Assembly (NCBI RefSeq): GCF_030144855.1
Contig: NC_082731.1
Span: 25,358,001 to 25,422,000, forward strand
Source: Hypanus sabinus
Lineage: Eukaryota
DNA length: 64,000 nucleotides
Direction: 5' to 3'
Shown piece by piece: positions 13,072 through 26,989 of this stretch (position 1 is its first letter; the number at the start of each line of letters is the position of its first letter). The notes under the pieces are model-generated. The model saw nothing but the letters and a program-made list of their open reading frames with translations. It was not told where the DNA came from and did not search any database. The translations under genes were made by a program, and so were the position numbers.

Positions 13072-13640
13072 ATAGGCATTGGTAAGGCCAAATTTGGAAT
13101 ATTGTGTGCAGTTCTTGTCACCGAATTATAGGAAAGATATCAATAAATTAGAGAGAGTGCAGAGACGATTTACTAGGATGCTAACTGGGTTTCAGTAATT
13201 AAGTTACAGAGAAAGGATGAACAAGTTAGGTCTCTATTCATTGGAGCGTAGAAGGTTGAGGGGGGATTTGATCGAGGTATTTAAAATTTTGAGAGGGATA
13301 GATAGAGTTGACGTGAACAGGCTGTTTCCATTGAGAGTAGAGGAGATTCAAACTAGAGGACATGATTTGAGAGTTAGGGGGCAGAAGTTTAAGGGAAACA
13401 CGAGGGGGTATTTCTTTACTCAAAGAGTGATAGCTGTGTGGAATGAGCTTCCTGTAGAAGTAGTAGAGGCCCGTTCAGTTGTGTCATTTAAGGTAAAATT
13501 GTATAGGTATATGGACAGGAAAGGAGTGGAGGGTTATGGGCTGAGTGCGGGTATGTGGGACTAAGTGAGATTAAGGGTTCGGCACGGACTAGGAGGGCCA
13601 AGAGGGCCTGTTCCCGTGCTGTGATTGTTATATGGTTATA
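13072..13640 (+). mobile_element. Young 5'-truncated CR1 LINE
   Basis: Nearly intact ORF MNKLGLYSLERRRLRGDLIEVFKI...FFTQRVIAVWNELP followed by the 3' UTR and a GTTATATG tail. Absent from the matching part of the second duplication unit. Confidence 0.9.
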
Positions 13641-13994
13641 CATTCCAAACCTGACCTTCAAATGCACCAAATGCGAACTGTACAGTCTGTTATATGTTAT
13701 ATGATTTTGCATTCGATTTTTCAGATTATTGTGACACTAATCAAGAAGTCCATTGATATATGTATGGCAACTCTGTTAATACTTCCCAGTCAAACAATGA
13801 AAACAATGGTCATCAGTTCCAGATAAATAAGGGAGACAGGAATATTCTAACAGAAAGAAAATAAAACGACCTTTTAGATAATTTCCCTGGATGTTCTTCT
13901 GTTATTTAACTATATAGTAGCTTGTCACTCAATTGCCGAAGCAATTCCATTGCATCTATAGAACTGAATAAACAGTTGCCTTTCAGTCCGAAAA

Positions 13995-14960
13995 AAACTT
14001 CTTCAGGACAGGAAAGCTTCGAGGATATCCAGTTGCGATGTACGATGTTCTTTCCCCATCATGATGGCGACCTTATAGGGAATGGCAATGAGATGTCGGA
14101 TGTATAACGGTTGGTCACCAGGTAGATCGACTGCTCGCCAATGGCTCGTACGTGCACAAAGAAGTGCCCGCCGATTGACGACGGCTCTCAGCATATAAAA
14201 GAGGCTATATGGTGAGCACCAGACACAGTACACAAACATAGCAGATTCGCAGCTGAAGTACAACTTTAATTGGAAGAACTGTTTGAGGCTCTGAATGGGG
14301 GAGAGGGAAGAGGTGAATGGGCGGTTGTAGCATTCGCGAAGCTTGCTGGAATAAATGTCAGAGGAAGCTTAGTGGCTACTGCCGATCGGACATGAACATG
14401 ACGGAGAGACCAATCGCTCGGAAATCGGAGGAGGCAAGGAATAAACATATGACTGGTGGGAGGATCCCTTTGGAGATGTCACATTTGCGGCGTCTGTGGT
14501 GCATGATGTAGAAGCTCATGTGATTGCAGGTAACGACGAGAGGAAATCTGTCATGTATGAAGCTGCAGGAAATTTGTGTGAGCAGGAGAGTTCCGGAAAA
14601 TATATAATGTAATGGTGACGGCAGCATCTCCGGAGGTGGATGAAAAAAATAAAAACTCAGTTTATTTTAGAATTAGGATATTTCAGATACCCAGCAATAG
14701 AAAGTCACATCCTGAGAATAGATAAAGCAGTGACAAATAAACTCAGAAGAACATGTTATACTTTACAGGAAGGAGGATGAAAAGATATATAGTTAAGATA
14801 ACGGTAATTCAGTAGATTTATAACAGAAGTCGGCTCGTCTGCAGATTTGATGACAGAGAGATCGGGAAAATGGAGAGATGTGTCTGAAGTTTAAATGAAT
14901 TTAAATGAATGGTGGATGTTACTTTCAGCATGGGTGTATTAAGCAGCATCAAGTATTGTT
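13995..14960 (-). mobile_element. Penelope-like element remnant (GIY-YIG region)
   Basis: Minus frame YFSCESAMFVYCVWCSPYSLFY resembles the Penelope FTCES..VIYC.RCS.CGLLYIG endonuclease motif. Confidence 0.65.
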
Positions 14961-15959
14961 TACCGTCCAGCAGGTGATGCATTAATGTGTCTGAAACACT
15001 TTCATGATAGGCTGTATTTCCGATGCGTTATCAGAATAAACTAAATATAAATATTTCAGGCGCCGGAAATGCTATCAGAGTCAAAGCGTCAGACAATATA
15101 CAGACAAATCAAATGGGGCAACTCCTCCGTCTGTTCAAGTTCACCATCCAGGACAGTCCACTTTGCGTTTGACTGGTGAACATCATTTGGAACCTTTCTT
15201 ATACATATAATTATCTAAGTATGTACTAATCGTTACATCCGTATTTACTTCAAAAAATCCCACTGGTAATCCTTTTAATATTCCAAACGATGTCCGGTGT
15301 GAAAATGTCTCCGTTACTAGTCATTTACATGTTAGCTCTCAAATGAATCCATGTCCTTGCATTCAGCAAACGAATTTGTTCAGTGTTTTATCCTCCTCAC
15401 TTCCAGTATACAGAATCGTTTGTGGTTTTTTTTTTGTTTGTTTGTTTTCCTATTTGCTGTTTGTCTCTTTGACTCGCAATAGATCCTGAATCAAGACGAT
15501 GTCGGGCTCTAACTATAAGAGTACAGGAGGAACGCCTCTAAATGTCAGTTTTAATACTATTATATCAGTGCTGTTTCTAACTTATGTTCTGACGGAACTT
15601 TAGATTCCTCGGCTGCGGTTCCAATTTGATGCACTACAGCAACTTAAGGTTTGTTCATTTTACATTTTAAGATCGAATGTGCAGAATTATATTTTTAACT
15701 CTGACAGCATGAGCTTCTTCTGACTGCTCTGGTTTCCAACTTCATCGTATAGTAGTGCCAGCTTCAAGGTTTAACTTCGCGGTGAACGTTTCCTTAGTGT
15801 GCTGATGAGAGTTTAATCCAGGGAAATGTTGAAAGTAAGATCGATAGAATAGATAACTGGGGTAGTGTTGACACCCGTTGTAAGCGTCTGAAATAACTAA
15901 TGTCCATGTTGAAAGCAACTGATCGATGCATTATCTCAATCAATATCCATCCCACCCCT

Positions 15960-16124
15960 NNNNNNNNNNNNNNNNNNNNNNNNNNNNNNNNNNNNNNNNN
16001 NNNNNNNNNNNNNNNNNNNNNNNNNNNNNNNNNNNNNNNNNNNNNNNNNNNNNNNNNNNNNNNNNNNNNNNNNNNNNNNNNNNNNNNNNNNNNNNNNNNN
16101 NNNNNNNNNNNNNNNNNNNNNNNN
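15960..16124. other. Assembly gap (165 N)
   Basis: Run of N. Confidence 1.
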
Positions 16125-16659
16125 CTCAATTGTGCAGACTTCATTAATCTGATATTGAAATTTTCATTGAAATATTACAATGGTTTGTTGGCCTGTATTA
16201 GGCAAATTCTATGAACTGCCAAGGTTTAGTTTATTTCTAACGACATACCAAAGGGAACTTCTTAGAATTTCGATGCAAATGAAACCGCAAAATATACTGT
16301 TACGTGAGCATATAGCAGAAGTTGGAACCCTTGCCGCAACTAATCATTTCCTACCGTCGTTCTCCACAGATCATTGTTCGGAATCGAACAGTCCAGAAAA
16401 TATCTATTTGGCCCATCATGCGCAGGCCGGCCTTACTTTTCACAAAATATCGTAATCACTTTCCACAGTTCGAGATAGCATCTTTCCATGCATTATCATT
16501 TATCATTGCCTTTATCTTCATTTTCAGCTTCATATGTGCAGAGACATTACACAACGATTGAGTAATTATCAAACTGATAGCAGAAATGCGTAATTTTTGA
16601 TGCTTGTCCAGCGTGATACAAGAACCGCACCTCCTGTTCATGCCTAATATCAGTTTGTT

Positions 16660-19260
16660 GCGTGGGTGTTTATATGACTTATAGAGCTGTAGTTACACCA
16701 AAAATGCAGGACAGAGGAAGCTGGCTGACAGGTAGGAAGAGTACACTGTCAAAACAGCCACTGCAGAGGACCCTTGTCCCATCCCTCTCAACAAAAGGTA
16801 TACAACTTTTGATAAACTTTCGAGAAAGTCTTTCCGAAGGATAGTCACCGTGGTCAGGTCTCTGCCGAAGGTCTCTTCCCGCAGAAGGGAAGGGGTTCGA
16901 AAGATGCGAACTGTGGAGATGGGCGATTCATTGGTTAGAGGGACAGAAAGGAGCTTCTGTGGCCGAGAACTAAAATTACGGAAGGTATGTGGTTTTTCAG
17001 GTGCTATGGTCTGGGATATTTCTAATGGAGTCCTCAGCATTCTTGAAGAGAATGTTGAAGAGCCAGGAGTTGTGATTCATATACGTACCAATGACATAAG
17101 CAGACGCACTTCAAAGTGAATTCCAGTTGCGAGGTACGTCGTTAAGGGGCTAGATGGGACGGGATTGTCAATATAGGTGGTTGTGCTAATATTGCCAGGA
17201 ATAGGAATAATATTCAGTTTTATACGGGGGTCAGAAGTTGGTGTAGAAAGGCTCACAGTTTGGTGTATTTGGCCTCTGTTCCGAGGAATGTAGGACATTA
17301 CAAAAGAGAAGGCTTGATATAACATCTTCGCAGCAAGGTATCCGTGGTGCTAAACTGGGTAGGATAATTGTTTTGAACTTGAGTTGCAACGAACTGGAAA
17401 GTTCAGGGCCAGAAAAGACAGAGGAAAGACAGATGTTTGCGCCATATGTGCAAATGCCTTTCAGTCTGCAATGTGACATGTTTAGTTAATCTTATCTCTC
17501 AAGCGATATTGAGGCTGCGGTTCACAGAAAACAAGTACCGCGTAATAAGTACAGGCAGGAGGAAAATGAGTTAAAAAGAGGTCAGGAGGCTAAAAGAGAT
17601 GGGGCAGCTCGTTATTCATTTATTTGTTGCATCTGTAGTTGCTCAGAAGACGGTCAATCATTTAAAGCGAGGCAAAGCAGCATGGAATTTAGAGCCCTTA
17701 TACAGATCAGGATGGAGATAGCCTAGCTCTTTTGAGGCAAATTTGGTTTGGTAAAAGCATGGAGCCTAATAAAGTGTTTCCTCGAACACGGTTAGTAATT
17801 AATGCAGAAATTGCCGAAACGCTTGCGGAGATAATTAACACTTCCCTAGCAACATCTGAGGTATCGTTTGTTTGGAGGTATCGGTTGTTCAACATAGGTT
17901 CCATCATTAAACCAGTAATAATAGGCCCATAATCCCGACATCAGTTATGAAAAAATTATACGAAGGCATTATACAGGACAGCATATATGAGTGATCGAAT
18001 GGGTATGGACTGCTTCTGAACAATTGGCATGACTCTGTGCACTGTAGTTCGTGTATAACCAATCTTATATATATGGTGGGTTGGGGAGTTACCTGTAACG
18101 TTGATAAAGAAAAGGCACTGTATATTATCTACATTGGTCAAGGTCACGCATGGACGGTAGGGCAACACGATTCATTCGCTCGGCATTAAAGACGAAATAG
18201 TAAATTGGAATACACATATACTTTGTGGTCGACGCAGAGAGTGATAGTAGATTAGGTCCTCTTTGACTAGTGCTCTGTGACTAGCCGACTGCCATAAGGA
18301 TAAATGCTGCAATCATATTGTTGTCAGTCATCTCTATAAATGATCTGGATGAAAAAAGTGTTTTTACTAGATTAGCAAAGTTGCAGATAGCACAATGGTT
18401 TAGGGTGTATTGAGCTTCGGGGATACTGATCTGTGCTGGCAGCGGGATCTGAACCTGCTGGAGAAAGAATCTGAAATTGGGAGATGGAATTTACTGTAGA
18501 CAGGATCGAGATGTTGCACTTCGGTAGAATCAACCAGTATCGATGTTACACAGTAAACGGGAGCACAATGAGGAGTGCTGCAAAGCAAAGTCATTACGGA
18601 CTGCAGGTGCATAATTTATTGAAAATGGCGACAGTGGCTGTTAGGGTCGGAAGGAAAGCTTTTTCCACAATGCCCTTTTTAAATGAAAATATCGAGTAAA
18701 GATGATTGAATGATTATGGTGAATTTAGTGAAGTATAACTTGTAGTATTGTGTGCAATTTTGGTCACCCGCATGTAGCAAAGATGCAAGAAAAATGGAAC
18801 GAGTGCCGAGAATATTTACAAAAATACTGCTGTGATTATAGGACCTGAGTTGCAGGGTACGATTGAAACTTCTCGACCTTTATACGCTGGAAGGAATTAG
18901 AGGCGAGATTTGATCGAGGATTATAACATTTTAACATTTCAGACGAACTGATAGGGTACATGCAAACATTCTTCTTTTGCTGGGAATTGGGACTAAACCA
19001 GAGGTTATCGATTTAGAGGGAAGCTTCAGGGGCATAGGAGGGAAGACGTCTTCATTCAGAGGGTCTTGATAGCGATGAGCGAATTGCCAGCACAAATGGT
19101 GTAAGCGAGCTCGATTTCAATGTTTAACAGTCGTTTGGAGGAGTCCAACGTAACGAGAAAATTGGAGGGTTGTGGTACAGGTGCAGATCGATGGGAGTAG
19201 GCAATTTTAATGTTTTTTGGTAATGGATTAGATGTGCCGAATGGTCTGCTCATCTGGCTA
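16660..19260 (+). mobile_element. CR1 LINE, decayed and internally deleted (ORF1 esterase region to 3' end)
   Basis: MGDSLVRGTERSFCGRE...PGVVIHIRTND (SGNH/GDSL esterase of CR1 ORF1), then RT fragments (WEMEFTVDRIEMLHFGRINQ) and the 3' UTR. Confidence 0.8.
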
Positions 19261-19647
19261 TTTTTCATTGTCACGGTGGTTCTAGTGAATTTTTCTAATC
19301 GCAAAAGCATGATAGAGAACAAACAAATATATGAATGCCTTGTTGTAGAAATTACTATTCATTCACTGTGTAATTATTGGTAATTCTAGGTACTTGGAAA
19401 GATCACACACAGAAAGTTGACAAAACGGAATACACTGTTACATGATTCAGTACACCGAATATAAGAGCAAAAAGGCGATGACAAAGCAGTTCTCAATATT
19501 ATGTGGTCTGTGGTCTAACCACTGCATTTAGTTCTAATATGTATCTTAACCGGCAAATAATATCGAATTTCGGCGCTTGTCAAACGATTTGAGAGAATAT
19601 TGCATGGTCGGTGAATTTTATCTCAGCTCATCATTTCTAAGAAAAGT

Positions 19648-20576
19648 TTATTTTTCCAATCTTGTCCACAACATAAAATGTTTGCTCAACAGATTGATAG
19701 GGTATTTCAGAGCACACCACAACTTCTCCCTGAATTTAGATTGTGTTCCCACATAAATACAAGTGTTAATACAGGATCCGAGGATCTCCAACATATATCC
19801 GCTTTCCTGCAGGATAAACTGTGGCATATTAGAATTCGAACCTGTAATATAGATATTCCTTGTAATCTGCACAAAAAGAAATCGGACAACATACGTCAAC
19901 CGCAACAGGATAAAACTGCCGGAAATGGCCATGAGTAAAATAATAGATTTTCTCCTGCTCTCCAGTTCGGAATCGTTCTCGTTGTCTCCATTCTTTTGTG
20001 ACCAGAGCCTCCTCCGTGCTTTACTAGCCACAATAATGTATCTCGCCGTCATGACATTAAGCAATAAAATGAAGAGAAAAGGGAGACATGGATTTAAAAT
20101 CAAATGCAGCCACTCATAAAACCGCCATGCGTCTAAAGTATAAAATGTTTCCTTTAAGTTACAATACCAAGGTACTTTGCCAATTAAATATATTGGCTCA
20201 TATGCAAAGTAAAGTGGTATGTTTTTCAAACAGTCAACCGTCCAAATAATTCCAATAACGGCAGAAGCCTTTTTCTCGGTGCTGTACCTAAGTTTCAGTT
20301 TTTGGCAACAAATGGCAACGTAACGATCGAAGGTGAATGCGACCGTTAACCAGGCTGAAGCGTCTTTAGCAATCCAACTAAGCACGATAATAAGGCTGCA
20401 GGCTGGAGTGGTAGACAACAAACTAACAGGGAAGTAAATTGCCCGAAGTCGGCTAAATATCACAGCCGTAACAATGACCAAGAAATCCGCTACGGCCATG
20501 AACAAGAGGTAGCGGGATATGCACTTCGAAAGACCGCATCTTCCAAGTGACACAATTACAATTGTAACCAAGTTAG
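19648..20576 (-). CDS. GPR139-like class A orphan GPCR paralogue 2, exon 2 (intact)
   Basis: Acceptor TTTTTTTACAG ending at 20577 and an open frame to TAA at 19648. Shows 7TM motifs: N1.50 (PANL), MAVAD, TPAC / PWYC disulfide pair, FDRY, NPCLP, NTCIY. With exon 1 the CDS is 999 bp, 332 aa. Resembles the multi-copy receptors usually labelled probable GPR139 in shark and ray genomes; true orthology is not established. Confidence 0.92.
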
Positions 20577-21879
20577 CTGTAAAAAAAGCAGATGGACGGG
20601 TATTAGTAGTCTGTCTTCAATCTCGGCCACAATCTTAAAGTTGTTGAGAATTTGAAGTATCACTTTACATCAAATTAGTGTAATTCAATCTCCTAGCAGT
20701 ACAGTAATTTTTGAATTACCTCTTCAGGACGCAAATCATTAATGGGATATTTATTAGATATTGTGCAGTTTCAACGCTGTGCCTGAAAATCAATTAAATA
20801 TAGACATAAAATCATAACCTATATTTAAAAATAAAAATAATTGCTCAAAATAAAACTAAGAATTTAAGGTGTGTCAGAATCGTATGCAGCCGCATCGACA
20901 GCAATTAACTTCGACACATTATCTAGTTTCCAGGTAGGGCATTAAAACTAACAGAGGTAGTGATCTCTCTGGATACTCCATGTTAACAAGAGTCTATTGC
21001 TGGAAAGAGAAGGCGTCACTTGAGCAGCTCAGTAGTAAAGTAGTAAAACAATGCATTACTGAGTCAGGTACTGGGAATGTAAAACCACGAATAATTCATG
21101 TCTACCGATAGAGATATCGACGGCAGCATTCAGTACTTGTGTGAGGATCTGATTTTGCTTGTATCTTTCAACAGGATCCGCATTTGAAGGATAGTCATTG
21201 TCAGCAGGCGAAATTACTCAATCACCGAAATTCAAAATATAAGATAATTTTGGATTCATTTCAGAATTTAATTATACAGAGGTAAACGAGATAAACGGAG
21301 CAAAGTCTTCACAACCATTCGCCTCACAAGGTACATGGCACGTTGGCCAACACTCATGCAGAATCTCTGAACATATTTATTAAAAATATAGTAGGTCATC
21401 ATCAATGAAACAAACCATAGACATTCCTCAGGCACGGTTATGAATTGTACACATATATAAATACTTTTTGTTGTATTAATATCCGGCTATCATATTACAA
21501 TTCGGACCGACATACCGAAGCAATTAACCGCAGAGCAACCTAAGCAATTAACCGCAGATAAACTTGAACACAGCTTTATTTTGCATCACAGTGAAATATT
21601 ATGCAGAGGAACAAACTGATCAATTGTCTACGAACGATTTGAGGCAAAATATATTGTATATTGAAAGTAACTTATTAACACGAGGTATGCAGCAAGTTAG
21701 TTAGCAAAATATATAGAATTATAAATATATATATATATGTATACATTTATATTAGATAGATAAAGGTACTGGTTGCAGAGCGTTCATCCTGGGAAGAGCA
21801 TAATAAAACAGCAATGGGTTTCTTCGTGGCAATGATAATTGAAATGTTAATAAGCAGATTTGTACTTTAGAAATATTAC

Positions 21880-21949
21880 CGGGAGTTCCAAAAGTTGCCA
21901 GAATCGAGTAGTATACGGCAAAAACTAGTCCATTCCCGGGCGCATGCAT
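21880..21949 (-). CDS. GPR139-like GPCR paralogue 2, exon 1
   Basis: 70 bp encoding MHAPGNGLVFAVYYSILATFGTP+G with a GTAATA donor. In frame with exon 2. Confidence 0.9.
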
Positions 21950-22009
21950 TTTCTATGAGAACTGTCTGCCAGCAGGCTGCAACATTTAAATACACAGAAA
22001 AGCACACTC

Positions 22010-22016
22010 ATTTATA
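22010..22016 (-). promoter_or_regulatory. Putative TATA box of GPCR paralogue 2
   Basis: TATAAAT ~61 bp upstream of the ATG, positionally conserved with paralogue 1. Confidence 0.4.
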
Positions 22017-24639
22017 CCAGACCCGCACCTCTGTATCGCCAATTAGCTTACATCACTATTACTGTTAAGTATTATAGAATAAGCAAACAAATTAAAGGTT
22101 ACGTCATCACTCTGACAATAACCTATAACAATTACTTAATACAATGGGTTACGTTTGGTGGCTATGCCAAGCTGTTATAAAGTAAATACATTCCATCTTT
22201 ATTCCATCCGTTCGCCTAGAGTAAACCGCCGTCGCCCCGCCAATAGTGCAATACTTCGTGGTATATAAGGTGTAATTTCCCCCTACCCCCAGTACACGCT
22301 TCAAACACAAATATCAGACAATACACCAAACGGGAGTAAATAATTTCAAATTTATTGTTTTTTCTTAGTTATTTGTCATTCGTCAGGATTAAATGAAAAC
22401 GGCGGATGTTCACTACGAACTTGTTAGTGTACAGACTGCTTGGAAGGAAAAGCAGTTTATTCATACTGGAGGCAAATATATATTGCCGTTCCTCCTGGAT
22501 CCATATTTGATTTAATTAGTAACTTACTGCTCGTGCTTAATGATTACTTAGATTGGGATTTCTCGGATAAATTGGAGAACTTTGATTAATTTCGAGAATT
22601 GCACAAACAAATTTGACAGATATACTATAATAAAGTGCATTGGCAGTTAGGTAGCTTTACCTTTGAAGGTTGAGAGAATAGATCCGTGAAACCAATGTGA
22701 CATGAAGTTTTTGTTTTTCTGGAGCACATTGCAAGTTATTACAGCTGAAGCACGATCAATGGTGAAAAAAAGTTTGACACGTAATATCACTGGAACTGGA
22801 CCTAAGGACAATAAAAACAAAAAGGAATGGAATCAATAAGAATGTCCATCGGTTGCGGGATGTTCTGCTGATTTAATATATAATTTTTTCGTGCAGTATG
22901 TTGCAAGCAATTGTAGCAATTTATTGTCATCGCTGACTGCTCCGTTCCGATCGGCAAATTAAAGGCAGTTTTGTTTTGATTGTCATGCAGAAAAGTATTT
23001 TTTTTTCTGTTTTTCATTTCATTTGGACTCAGTGTTGGACTGATAACACACATGCACATCAGGATCACTTGTCACTTGGTTATGTAAGTCTCCTCCTAAC
23101 GTGTGTACCTTCTCGTATTTTATGCTATTGCTCTACAAATATAAAATTACCATCGACCCAGAGACTGATACGGCACAAATGAGTGCAGGAAATGATAGGT
23201 ATTTACACTAAACACATACGATAATCCTGTCATTATTACTGCGAGGGTCTCAATTTACGCAGATACTTAACTAACCTACACAATATACACGATTCACAAG
23301 AGTCAGTTCGATTCAGAATCAACACGACTTGCGGATGAAAGCTCTCGTCAGAACAAATTTAATTACCGAAACACTAAAGGAGACAATTTAGTACATCAGC
23401 CTCATATTGTTTCCTGCAGAATCCAGTTTCTTAATCCTTTCCACTGAATAATTTCTTCTCCAGAAGAACTTCTTTTTTCCTCTCATCTCTATCAAATTCC
23501 CATTACCGTTTTTTTTTTGTTTTTTTGTCAGTCATCTCTGTATATATGTAACTCTCTGCAGCAAAAGAGACCTTCCACTATACTTATCATTTGCTGCACT
23601 CATTTGTAAACGTACTTGTACTTTCGAACATTCGAGATGACAAGTGAACCCGACAGAAATGTAGGTTTCAGAAAGAGAACAGAGATTAAATAGGATGTGT
23701 ATCAACTTCGGGATCCTGGATGTCAGCGCCAATAATGCCAAACTCTAAACAGCTCAAATACCAATGTTATTCGACCTTCGTTGTTTGGGATAGATGTGGA
23801 AAAAAGAAGTGAATTGTATAGAATATGCAGAGAGAATTAAAAGTGGAAACCACAGAGTAACATGGCGCAAATGTACATCAGATAAAGGGAAGTACTATCA
23901 TAATGAAGTTATTACAGATATTAGGATGCACTTCAGATTGTGATGATAGTTTATTCAATCATTACACACAATTTTCTCTCCAGGGACCAAAAGGCTCTCA
24001 GAATCACATCGAGAACAATGGTCGAGACAAAAGCCTTGAGGAAGTGTTGTGTGGTTAATGCTCTTACAACGTCACTATTTGAACGGACAAGATTTGGAGC
24101 AAGGCTTTTAAAAATTTTAAAGTGCATAGCTGGAAAATTCCAAACAGAAAGAAGCAAAGTAGAAGTCAGTGTTATCGACAAGTCCAAGGAAGGGACAGCA
24201 ACAAATCGCTAGCAGTGTTATCACCCTATCTAAATGGCCAAATAGCGACAATGCTGCCCCAAATTGACTTTCGATTCTTAACGGATACAGAGGTTATTCT
24301 AGTTAGAAGAGCAAGAAGTAAACTGTTCCTTATGATCGGCTCTGCACGTTATTGTGATACTGATCAGCAGAACGATGATAATCTCCAGGGTTCCACATAT
24401 GGGTATTCTAAGAATATTTCTCGGTTGATTAATGTAAACGATGATCATTCTTTCCAAATAAAAAAGGGTGCCAGGAATATCTGACAAGAAATCAAAAGTT
24501 ATTCAGAAAATCTTATGTGAAGGTTGTTTTAATTTTCTCTCTGTAATTGAACAATATCATACCTTGTCACTCAAAATAGTGAAGCAACTCAGAAAGGCAG
24601 GCAACATGAACGGAAATTAATATACAGTCAGGCTAAAGG

Positions 24640-25510
24640 TCAAGGCCCTTCTTCTGGAATCGAACGTTAGAAGGGTACCCAGGCGGAATTTAAACTGCTG
24701 CTTCCGCATCTGATGGTAGCCTTCTTGGGATCAAGAATTTGAAACGGATATGTACTATTAGGTCCCCGGAAATATCATTGTCTGGCGGATGGCACCAATC
24801 TGTCCAACGAAGAGGCCCACGCGATTTACGACCGATCTCGTGAACAGAAAAAAGCCGCATCGGAAGAAGCGAAAACGGTGGAGGACCGCCGAAAACTATT
24901 TGAGGCCCTCTAAGGAGGTGAGAGTGGAGGTTAACCAGAGGGTGTACCAATCGATGTTGGAAGCGAATTTAGTGGTTGTGGGGAATGGTGATAATAATAT
25001 ATTTTGTGGTTGGATCCCTTTGTAGATGGCTCAGTTTGCAGATCATGTTGAGTTTGATGCCGAGGATGATAGGATGGTAGGTAAGGACGGGAACAAGTCT
25101 ATCATGTTAAAGATTGTAGGAAGATGCTGTAAGCAGGAGTGTACCGGAAATGGAGGAGATAAGAGTGAGTGAAACATCTGTGGTGCAGGAAGGAATACCC
25201 TGTTCTTTGAAGACGGAGGTTATCTCAGATATCGAATAGAGGAAAGTCACATGCCGAGAACAGGTGCAGCAGAGACAAATGAACAGAGAAAAGGTTATTG
25301 CATTTTTATAGGAAAAACAGAGGTAGAGGTATAGTCAAAATAACGGTGAATTCGGAACGATAATAAAAAGATGGCACATTATCTTCAAATAAAAAGACAG
25401 AGAGATCGAGAAGAAGGAGTGGGATTTTTGAAATATACCAAGTGAATTTAAGGGTATTGTGGAACTTACACTAATGGTGATTATATTGTCGGTGCAATAC
25501 CAGCATCAAT
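24640..25510 (-). mobile_element. Penelope-like remnant (duplicate of ~14.0-14.96 kb)
   Basis: Shares GGATCCCTTTG.AGATG and GAAAGTCACAT.C.GAGAA.AG blocks with the first copy, at the same position relative to the GPCR gene. Confidence 0.55.
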
Positions 25511-26989
25511 TGCTATTTTTTTCTGCAATAACTCTGCAACAAGTGATTGGATTAAACTGTTTGAATCCCTTTCACGAAAGGTTTGATTTCTTTAAGAATT
25601 ATAAAAATAGAGTAAAAAAAAGTCAGCAGCCAGAAGTGCTGACTGTTTCCTGGAGTCTTACATAAATAATAAATATGTCCTGTCGTTCAACACGTCCTGT
25701 TCCATGATGCTGATTATCCCAGCAAGGCCACTTTGCCTTTGTCTGTTCAATATCATTTGAAAAGCCGAAACGTGCTCGAAACGCAAATTTTGTAACGATT
25801 TCAGCAAATCACACTGGCAGTTATTCTTATATTACACAGTATGTCCTGAGCGAAGCTTTCTCCATTAATGTGCCTATTACATTTTACTCTAAAATGAAAC
25901 AATGTCCTTCTGATCAGTCCTTAATTTTCCTCGCTTCCAGTTTGCAGTTTAATTATTGGTTCACTGGCTCGAAATTGATGCTGAGTCAAAACGATGTCAG
26001 ATGCAGAAGATTTCGTAATGTCAGTTTTTGCTTAATGTAATATCAGTGTTGTTTATAATTGATGTTCCTATTATGTCCCTGTAAGACTGGACGGTTTGGT
26101 CGCAGTAACGTAATGTTCCTTTCGTTTACTTTAATTGTTTAGAGATTGTACTATTTGTTTCTCTCCACCTTCATGAGGTTCCTCCCAATGTTCTGTTTTC
26201 CTACTTTATGCGACGGTGGTGCTTGGTTTTAGGCTTAATTTCGCAATGAAAGTTTCCTCAGTATGCTGGTGAGAGGTAGATTCTGCGAAAGGTTGAAATG
26301 TTTAAGTTCTGTGTATTATATGTACAATCGGTGGACAGAAGTCCCACAATGTAAGCACTATAACTGTTTACCTTGGGGCAATTACGGAAATCATGCTGGC
26401 ATGTTTTTTTTTTGTATGAACTGCAGCCATTCGAATTGTTTAGATATCATTCATCTGCCTCCTATGGTATTATGCATTGACTTACTACGGTGGCTTGTTG
26501 TTCTCAACCAGGCAATCTGTGTGAACTGTCGATGTGCAGATCCCCAGACGAACATCTACAATTTATGTCCACCGACATTCGTGTTTCTGCGAATTCCCAT
26601 CCAAATTAAAGCTATTGTGAACCGTATAACTGTTGTAACGCAAACAAACAGCAGGAGTTCAACACCAACTAGCATTATATCATTACCTACCATCGTTTCC
26701 CACAAATGATTTTCAGAGTCGAATACGCAGAAAAAGGCCCTACGGCCTATAATGCCCATACCGACTTTTCTCCGCATAAATATCGTACTACCCGTTGCAC
26801 ACGTTGGAATGGCATCGCACTATGCACTGCCCATTATGCGCCTGTCTTAAAGACGTCATTACTTAGTGGTTGAACCTTATTCCATTCATTCCTCTGGCAT
26901 TACAGTTACTTACCTTGCTCTATGCTGTGAAACTGTTCTCGTAGATCCATTGAGAGGCTATTTTGTGATTACCCAAAATCGACACCCCC

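Noticed and set aside
5582-15636. Exact 18-mer TTCCAATTTGATGCACTA at 5582 and 15619
   Set aside because: The flanks do not align, the order is not collinear with the tandem duplication, and one such match in repeat-rich 64 kb is plausible by chance.
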